32,000 nucleotides of DNA from Candidatus Thorarchaeota archaeon. Its GTDB lineage: Archaea; Asgardarchaeota; Thorarchaeia; Thorarchaeales; Thorarchaeaceae. Shown here in pieces: positions 25,736 through 32,000 of this stretch. Location: contig PRDJ01000012.1 in the NCBI GenBank assembly GCA_003345555.1, positions 1 through 32,000 of the forward strand, read 5' to 3'. Every line of letters begins with the position of its first letter. Position 1 is the stretch's first letter. Both the position numbers and the translations under genes were made by a program. Below the pieces are notes generated by a model. The model did not search any database. It was not told where the DNA came from and saw nothing but the letters and a program-made list of their open reading frames with translations.

Positions 25736-27328
25736 ATGAGCACGAATCTAGAGACAAAGGTAACGAGTGTGACCGTATTCCGAGACGGAGCAAGAGTGAC
25801 CAGGACCGGTCTAGCACACGCGACTCCCGGAGAGCAGTCCTTCATCATTTCAGATATCACTGGCTATGCTCAAGATGACAGCTTCCGCGTCAAAGGTACT
25901 GGTGCAGCGGCACTTAGGGGAATCGACGTAAAGAAGAAGCAGCTGACCTTCGAGCCAGCAGGAAGTCTAAAGGAACTGAAGGCAGAACTGGAGAAGATAG
26001 AGAAACGGAAGGTTTCTCTGACAGATCTCATAGCTTACCAGGAGTCTCGCGTGGCCCAGCTGACTTCGATAAGCAAACAGTTCTATTCCGAATTCGGCAA
26101 GTGGTACGCCGCGAAGGAGTCGAAGATGGATCAGATGACTGCTATGGACAAGGCTTCCATGGAGCTTCTGCGCGATGCCAAGAAGAAACTCAGAGAATCA
26201 AGAGAAGAACTGAAGGAAGTTGAAGCCAAGTACAATGCAATTCAGTCCAATATCAGCAGGGTACAGGGCGAGCGACGCACGGAGACAGTTACAGAAGTCG
26301 CGGTCACTCTCGATGTAACTGGGGAGACAGATATCCGACTCGACCTCACGTACCAGCTCAGCAATGCTGAATGGGAACCGAATTACGATGTGGACATCGC
26401 AGACAAGAAAGCTCGGATTAGAAGGATCGCCATGGTTTCGAACCAGAGCTTGGAGGAATGGACTGATGTGGCCCTCACTGTTTCCACCGCGTCTGCAAGA
26501 CCTGTTGAGGCAGTGAAAGCTGAACCATTCTACATAGATGTCTATCAGCCAGTCGTTCTTCGTGCAATGGCTGCTGAAGCAGGCGGGGCTGGGCGACCTA
26601 TGCCACGCGAGGCAGCCGATAGAATGATGATGGTCGAAAAGGAGGCTGGGGAGGAGGCGCCGCCGGCCGCTGAGGAGATGGCCGAACGCTATGCTGAGAC
26701 TACGGAGTCGATCAGTGGCACCGTGATGTACGAGCTGCCGGGCACTGTTACCATTCCCTCTACGGTCGAGCCACACCCCATTACTCTTACCGAGGAGATG
26801 TATGATAGTAAGCGGCTCCATTTCTGGAATGCCTATGCCATGCGAGAAGTGGTTGCTCAGGACGAGATAACCAATGGAGATTCTGTATTGCTGCCAGGCC
26901 CAACGAAGGTCTATGCGGCGGGTGACTTCATTGGTCAGACCTACCTAGCAATGATAGCACCGAGGGAGAAGTTCCGTCTGGGCACAAGAAGCGCATACGA
27001 TGTCAAAGCAGAGAAGAAGCTCCTAGCGAAGGACACAGAGAAGGCTGGTATCTCAAAGGGCAAGAGAAGACGCGAGTACAAGTATCGTCTGGCATTCAAG
27101 AACTTCGCGAAGGAGAAGATAGAGGTAAAGGTCGTGGACAGGATTCCGTACAGCAGCAGTGAGAAAGTCACCGTCTCGCTGCAAACACCTTCCATCCCTT
27201 ACGAGAAATCTGAACTGGGTATCATTGAGTGGAATGCTGCGATTGAGCCCGCGAAGGAACTCAGCATAGATTACGGGTTCGTCGTTGAGTGGGAACAACA
27301 ACTGGAGATACGACCTCCCTTGCCGTAG
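25736..27328 (+). CDS. DUF4140/DUF4139 (TIGR02231, MuiA-like) protein, paralog B (530 aa)
   Basis: Colinear with A (VTVFRDGARVTRTG, WEPNYDV, NQSLEEWTDVALTVSTA). A GAGGTGA RBS overlaps the stop of A. Both paralogs end in PPLP. Confidence 0.88.
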   Translation: MSTNLETKVTSVTVFRDGARVTRTGLAHATPGEQSFIISDITGYAQDDSFRVKGTGAAALRGIDVKKKQLTFEPAGSLKELKAELEKIEKRKVSLTDLIAYQESRVAQLTSISKQFYSEFGKWYAAKESKMDQMTAMDKASMELLRDAKKKLRESREELKEVEAKYNAIQSNISRVQGERRTETVTEVAVTLDVTGETDIRLDLTYQLSNAEWEPNYDVDIADKKARIRRIAMVSNQSLEEWTDVALTVSTASARPVEAVKAEPFYIDVYQPVVLRAMAAEAGGAGRPMPREAADRMMMVEKEAGEEAPPAAEEMAERYAETTESISGTVMYELPGTVTIPSTVEPHPITLTEEMYDSKRLHFWNAYAMREVVAQDEITNGDSVLLPGPTKVYAAGDFIGQTYLAMIAPREKFRLGTRSAYDVKAEKKLLAKDTEKAGISKGKRRREYKYRLAFKNFAKEKIEVKVVDRIPYSSSEKVTVSLQTPSIPYEKSELGIIEWNAAIEPAKELSIDYGFVVEWEQQLEIRPPLP

Positions 27329-27562
27329 ACCTCCAAGTAACGGGTACAAGCTTCAGCCCCACGAAGACCGGCATTATCTATGCCAGCGGAAGACGAGAAT
27401 CGTCTTACTAACGGCCAATTTTGTCTGTGATGCACGCGAATCGCTCGGTTGTATTCCGGCATTTCTCAAGCATCATGCTTTCGTTGTGTAATTGGATGAC
27501 TGGGGAGAAATCACCCCACTCCGAGGTTCAGCATGCGAACCTTCAACTCTCGAGTAACGCGG

Positions 27563-27814
27563 CTATCTGTCAGTATCATCGAGTGGGCCACGTGCCGCAG
27601 GATTGATGCCCCTTCGATTGTATCTCACGCCGCATCCGAACACCAGCACGACATAGAGCCCGAGTCCAAACAAGTTTACGACAAAGAATGCACCACCATT
27701 GAATAATATGTCATAAACTATTGAAGCAAAGATCAAAATCACAGGGGCTAGTATAGCTCCCATGAACGCGTAATAGAAAGTAGGATGCTCCCTTTTGCCG
27801 TATTCCGCCATCAT
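27563..27814 (-). CDS. Small 2-TM membrane protein of unknown function
   Basis: GAGGGTG RBS; two hydrophobic helices with charged ends. Confidence 0.65.
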   Translation of the reverse strand: MMAEYGKREHPTFYYAFMGAILAPVILIFASIVYDILFNGGAFFVVNLFGLGLYVVLVFGCGVRYNRRGINPAARGPLDDTDR

Positions 27815-27940
27815 ATCTCACACCCTCTAATTCTGTGCATTACGAAGATAACAAAGCGAACTCCCATAGTCAACGATTCCCCCAAACCTATTACATGGAT
27901 TCGACGCTCTTAAACTCTCGCAGCCATAGAAGCATTGCAC

Positions 27941-29284
27941 TCACAAATGCTCCATCTCATCCATCAAGTATACAATCCGCTTTATTGACTTCTGGTAGTT
28001 TTCAAGCATGATGCTTTCATTGGGCGAGTGGACACGTGAAAAGAAGTCTCCACAGCCAATCGACACCATCGGGACTTTGTCTTTGAACAGATACAACGGG
28101 CCCGACCCCGGTGATGTAATATGAATGTCAATATCGTGTCCGAAGGCCCTTCTGTTAGCTGCTGCCACCACCTTCACAAACGGATGGTCAACCGGTGCTT
28201 TCGCCGCAGGGTAACCCTCATGCCAAGGAATATTGACAGCCGAGAAGCCATTCTGATCTAGATGAAGCCTAAGCTTTCTCAGAATGTCTTCTGGATCCAT
28301 TCCTTCGACGAGCCTGAAGTCCACTTTGGCGGAGGCCTTCGCGGGTAGAACGGTCTTAGAACCTTCCCCCTGCCAGCCACTGTCGAGACCGCAGATATTG
28401 CATGTAGGTTTGTTATAATAGGCCTCTTTCACTTCCATCCCTGACATACCGTTCAGGAACTCTTCGATTCCGTAGTGCTCTTTGAATACGCGCTCCTGAA
28501 GGTCCATCTTTGTGGCTGCCTCGACTTCTGCTGGTGTTAGAGGCCTTACGCCATCATAGAAACCCCGAATCATTACGCGGCCACGCTGGTCCTTGAGAGA
28601 CGCGAGAGCGTGTACGAGTGTGTATGCTGCAGAAGGGAGTACGCATGCGTTGGCAGAATGTGCATCATGAGAGAGAAGCTGAACTTCTAGCTGTACGTAT
28701 AGTATGCCTTTCAGACCAAGCCAAGCTTCTTGGGTTCCTCCCGGTCCAGAGCCCCCGAATTCCCATATTCCACCATCGGCTTTCAAAAAAGAAGCATTGG
28801 CGCGTGCGAACTCAGGAAGGTGCGGGCTGCTGATTTCCTCCTCCCCTTCCACGATAAACTTCACGTTGATTGGCAGCTTGTGTCCAGTTTCCTTGAGCGC
28901 CTTCATCGCCCATATCCGAGAGATGAGATCGCCCTTGTTGTCTGCTGTGCCACGCCCAAAGATGCGTCCGTTTCGTATCACTGGATTGTAAGGAGACGAT
29001 TCCCAGAGATCAAGGGGCTCCGCAGGCTGCACATCATAATGATCATAGAATAGCAGAGTTCTTTTTGTGCCCGTGTCCACTTTGCCTGTGACAACCGGGG
29101 AGCCCGAGGTTTCGTATACCCGAGTTTGTAAACCCACTTCGCTGAGCATCTTCTCAACGAGCTCTGCGGCCTCGGTGATTCCCTCGCCCTTTGCCGCCAC
29201 AGATGGGATGCGACAGAGCCTCTTGAGATCCTGAAGGGACCTACCTATTGTTCGGTCAACATAAGCAATGGCGTCTTCAATCAT
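27941..29284 (-). CDS. M20 family metallopeptidase (dipeptidase, ArgE/DapE/CNDP2-like), 447 aa
   Basis: FYDHYDVQPA, GRGTADNKG, FIVEGEEEISS, GLKG and HSPNE metal-binding motifs. ATG at 29284 (MIEDAIAYVD) preferred over 29452. Confidence 0.93.
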   Translation of the reverse strand: MIEDAIAYVDRTIGRSLQDLKRLCRIPSVAAKGEGITEAAELVEKMLSEVGLQTRVYETSGSPVVTGKVDTGTKRTLLFYDHYDVQPAEPLDLWESSPYNPVIRNGRIFGRGTADNKGDLISRIWAMKALKETGHKLPINVKFIVEGEEEISSPHLPEFARANASFLKADGGIWEFGGSGPGGTQEAWLGLKGILYVQLEVQLLSHDAHSANACVLPSAAYTLVHALASLKDQRGRVMIRGFYDGVRPLTPAEVEAATKMDLQERVFKEHYGIEEFLNGMSGMEVKEAYYNKPTCNICGLDSGWQGEGSKTVLPAKASAKVDFRLVEGMDPEDILRKLRLHLDQNGFSAVNIPWHEGYPAAKAPVDHPFVKVVAAANRRAFGHDIDIHITSPGSGPLYLFKDKVPMVSIGCGDFFSRVHSPNESIMLENYQKSIKRIVYLMDEMEHL

Positions 29285-29365
29285 GATGCCGCCCGATGTA
29301 TTGGATGAAAGACCCGGGTCAAATACGCTGTGGTCACTCAATCGCGGCCATACAAAGAGCTGTAC

Positions 29366-29405
29366 AAAAGGAAAGAATACAGAGGCTAGTCCGGAAGGGC
29401 TAGCC
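29366..29405 (-). terminator. Hairpin plus T-rich tract downstream of the microprotein gene
   Basis: Minus strand reads ggctagccc-ttcc-ggactagcc followed by tctgtattctttcctttt. Confidence 0.5.
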
Positions 29406-29476
29406 CGCTGCAAGCGTTGCCTGGTGATACAAACTTCAGCAACGGCATTCACCGGAGGGACCGGTTTCAGTATCTC

Positions 29477-29629
29477 TTAGAGAGTGACTGGTCGGCAGAG
29501 GTTCTCCTTCTTGTTGGCCGCTCTGCCACAGACCTCACAGATGAACTTGGGGTCCTTGACTATTCTTCTCATATCATCGACGCCGTGGTGTTTGGCGTAC
29601 TCACAAAGGTGTTGACTGTGTTCACTCAT
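29477..29629 (-). CDS. 50-aa Cys/His-rich microprotein, probably metal-binding (not in the ORF track)
   Basis: MSEHSQHLCEYAKHHGVDDMRRIVKDPKFICEVCGRAANKKENLCRPVTL*. GGAGG lies 7 nt before the ATG; terminator-like element downstream. Confidence 0.85.
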   Translation of the reverse strand: MSEHSQHLCEYAKHHGVDDMRRIVKDPKFICEVCGRAANKKENLCRPVTL

Positions 29630-29748
29630 GCTTAGTCCTCCAAGCAGGCATTTAGGCTAGCAGCACTCGGCACTTCTAATAAGTGTTGGCAAGTGACACC
29701 TCTGGATAGGGATATATCTCCGCAACAAAACCAGCCTTGTGGCCCCGA

Positions 29749-31023
29749 ATGCAAAGCACTCTCCAAACCAGCGACTGGTCGAGTTTAGAATCTGTATACC
29801 GTTCAGCGTTCTTCTGCAGCCTCGGTTTCTTTCTGGTATCATTCCTTCTTCCTATAGTGGCTTACGGCTACATGGGCGCCTCAGCAGTACAAGTCGCTTT
29901 GATATTCTCAATGCTGACTCTCGGCTATGCGATCTTCTCACCCGTTGCCGGCAAGATCGCAGCTCGGGGACGGACGCGCGAGTGCATATGTGGTGGGGCA
30001 TCAGTTCGTGGGCTGTCCTACTTTGGCATGGCTGCTGCCGTCGCGCTAGGTTCTGTTGATACGTTGATAGTGAACAGCCTGCTGTGGGGATTTGGCGCGG
30101 CCTTCTACCAAGTTGGTAGTGATTCGGAAATATCGGAGAGGGTTGTTCGGGAGAACAGGGCCGAAGCATTCGGAAGACGCGAGGCGGCTAACGCTAAGGG
30201 CAGTCTCGCGGGAGCCCCGGCAGGATTCTTGATATTAATGTTCTTCAATGTGTCCTACGTATTCCTGTTCTACGCGGCCATGAACCTAGTTGGCGGGTTT
30301 GCTGTCATTCGACACAGACCTGAGCCAAGACCTCGCGCAGGCTTGTCCCCATACCTACGCGCTGGCGGCGTTGTCGCTACGGGTATCGCGGCGCTTGTTC
30401 TGGCGGCGTCCCTTGATACATTCATCGCCGAGCTGATGAGGCCTTTTGTCGAACTGCTCATCATCAGCGTGTTCAACCCTGACATCCACATCTTGGCTTT
30501 GGTGTATCTACCGGGAGGGATTGTTTCGGGACTTCTTGGTGGAAGAATGGGTCGGCTTGCAGATCGGTCGAGCAGAATGAAGATTGTGGCAGCGGCGGTT
30601 ATTGTCAGCTCGTCTTCCTCTCTGCTCTTGGCGGTGATACCAAATGCCGCCGCCTTGCTCATCGCCGTCATTCCACAGCTTGGGTCTATCACTGAGGCCG
30701 GAGTCGGACTGCTCTTGATAGCAGTTCTCTTCACAATCCAGAGCACTACCACCTTGCTTGCCTATGTGGTCATATCCTCAGTGTTTGGCACGGCGTATGA
30801 AGGAAGGGCCGGAGAGGGCTTCGGTAGGTTTGAGGCAGCGCTCGGCGCCGCAAGATTCGCAGGTCCGATAACAGGCGGCATTCTTTGGGACACAGTCAGT
30901 CCTATTGCGCCATTTGTCCTCGTTGGTCTGAGCGGATATCTGTTGATACCTTTGTACTACGCTGGAATAAGGCGCTATGAGCAATTGTGCCATGACAGAC
31001 ATCATGCCAGTGCCGTAGACTGA
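29749..31023 (+). CDS. Major facilitator superfamily transporter (424 aa)
   Basis: About 12 TM. Motif-A-like loops GKIAARGRTRE and GRMGRLADRSSR; two-fold repeat architecture. Confidence 0.9.
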   Translation: MQSTLQTSDWSSLESVYRSAFFCSLGFFLVSFLLPIVAYGYMGASAVQVALIFSMLTLGYAIFSPVAGKIAARGRTRECICGGASVRGLSYFGMAAAVALGSVDTLIVNSLLWGFGAAFYQVGSDSEISERVVRENRAEAFGRREAANAKGSLAGAPAGFLILMFFNVSYVFLFYAAMNLVGGFAVIRHRPEPRPRAGLSPYLRAGGVVATGIAALVLAASLDTFIAELMRPFVELLIISVFNPDIHILALVYLPGGIVSGLLGGRMGRLADRSSRMKIVAAAVIVSSSSSLLLAVIPNAAALLIAVIPQLGSITEAGVGLLLIAVLFTIQSTTTLLAYVVISSVFGTAYEGRAGEGFGRFEAALGAARFAGPITGGILWDTVSPIAPFVLVGLSGYLLIPLYYAGIRRYEQLCHDRHHASAVD

Positions 31024-31076
31024 ATCAATGAGACCATGTCAAAAGGAATAGTCTGGTGTCGCGTTCTGCCTGTGTA

Positions 31077-31724
31077 CTACACCTGATGAAGGAACCCTGA
31101 GGCAACCAGAGCAATGCCCACGAATATCATGAGGTAGTCAAAGAACGTGTCGAATGCAGAATAAAGGAAGTTTAGCTCGGGACCGCCCGCTAACATAAGA
31201 ACGCCCCCCGTCGTCAGTACGGCACCCATGAGTATCAGGAGCCCGCCAAAGAAAGCTCCTACTCGCCTCACGAATCGTCTCGCTTCTAGTGTTTCCAGTT
31301 TCATGGACAGTTCTCTGTCGACGCGATCGAAGTGCTTTATAGCTTCGTTTAGGCTTTTCTCTGCCGTTCTTGCCTGTTCAATCTTTCCCTCCAACTCTAC
31401 CTTGCCAGTATCATCCTTCGGAACAGCACCATCAGTCGTCATTCCATCACCCGATGCTTTCTTTTCCAGTCGTTCGATGGCCCTTGATATCTCAACTCTG
31501 AGGTTGTCGGCCTTATCACGCGTTTCCATATCCGACCGCGGAATGCCACCTATCCGTTCCAGCTCCAGTCTCAGCCCGGCTCTCTCTTCGCCCAGTCGGA
31601 GTAAATCCTCAATAATCTCGTCCCTTACTTCTCTCTTGAGGCGCGAGCGTTCATGTACCTTTCGCGCTCGCATGGCATGCTGCTTCTCTTCGGGCTCTGA
31701 GCTGCCCTTTTTCGTGTCACTCAT
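31077..31724 (-). CDS. Cytoplasmic coiled-coil protein with C-terminal 2-TM anchor (215 aa)
   Basis: GGAGG RBS then ATG at 31724. Two E/K/R-rich helical blocks, RRFVRR juxtamembrane patch and two terminal TM helices. Confidence 0.8.
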   Translation of the reverse strand: MSDTKKGSSEPEEKQHAMRARKVHERSRLKREVRDEIIEDLLRLGEERAGLRLELERIGGIPRSDMETRDKADNLRVEISRAIERLEKKASGDGMTTDGAVPKDDTGKVELEGKIEQARTAEKSLNEAIKHFDRVDRELSMKLETLEARRFVRRVGAFFGGLLILMGAVLTTGGVLMLAGGPELNFLYSAFDTFFDYLMIFVGIALVASGFLHQV

Positions 31725-31726
31725 TC

Positions 31727-32000
31727 CTATCCGCCTCCCTGAGGAGCAAATAGGTATCTCGTCGTAAACAAAAGATAGCCAGTGACGAGTGCGGTAAGTG
31801 CGGATGCCCACAGAGATAAAGATAGTAAGAACCGATAACCATCGTAGTGCCCTGCTATGAGAGGGTACTGTAGAATCTCATAGAATGCCGCGTAAAACAC
31901 CCCCACTCCGACAGCCGCGAAAACCAGTAACCCAATGGCCGCCAGAGTCTTCAAGACGTGAAGACTGCTTGTCATCAGCTCAAGTCGTTGCGATATGCTG
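31727..32000 (-). CDS. Membrane protein, probably 5'-truncated by the window edge
   Basis: Frame stays open from 31975 to the window end; two TM helices visible. Its last codons contain the RBS of the next gene. Confidence 0.65.
   Translation of the reverse strand, partial: SISQRLELMTSSLHVLKTLAAIGLLVFAAVGVGVFYAAFYEILQYPLIAGHYDGYRFLLSLSLWASALTALVTGYLLFTTRYLFAPQGGG

Noticed and set aside
27563-27940. Locally AT-richer segment as a possible horizontal insert
   Set aside because: Short, and explained by hydrophobic codons plus intergenic DNA; no integrase, transposase or flanking repeats.
250-31767. Many 60-210 aa ORFs overlapping or antisense to the called genes (e.g. 17163-17798, 26198-26821, 20839-21351, 31228-31767)
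   Set aside because: Shadow frames of well-supported genes, with no motifs or RBS and atypical composition.
1-32000. tRNA, rRNA, IS elements or prophage genes
   Set aside because: GGTTCRA-like words occur only in non-tRNA contexts without cloverleaf structure; no transposase, integrase or viral hallmark proteins recognised.

Overview
Gene-dense archaeal chromosomal window of roughly 50% GC (estimated by eye). Archaeal traits: GGAGG/GAGGTGA ribosome-binding sites, TATA-like promoters, frequent TTG/GTG starts, and exported proteins rich in N-glycosylation sequons. A Rab-like small GTPase suggests an Asgard archaeon, possibly Thorarchaeia-like (inference, not proven). In order: tldD (5'-truncated)-tldE; Rab-like GTPase (-); ~10-TM protein; thioredoxin-like protein; two tandem ~800-aa paralogous surface proteins ending in a DUF11/TRAP-beta-like Ig domain plus TM anchor; rubredoxin with a Lys/Pro/Ala tail; orphan FtsX/LolE-type permease (-); 4-TM protein; bacterial-type thrS; five-gene peptide ABC operon with an 83-nt hairpin after the binding-protein gene; an in-frame 324-nt tandem duplication of Zn-ribbon genes with decay and an internal TGA (-); two tandem DUF4140/DUF4139 paralogs; small 2-TM protein; M20 dipeptidase (-); a 50-aa Cys/His microprotein missing from the ORF track (-); MFS transporter; coiled-coil plus 2-TM protein and a partial membrane gene (-). 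I found no tRNA, rRNA, CRISPR array or transposase. All family names come from recognised motifs, not database searches.
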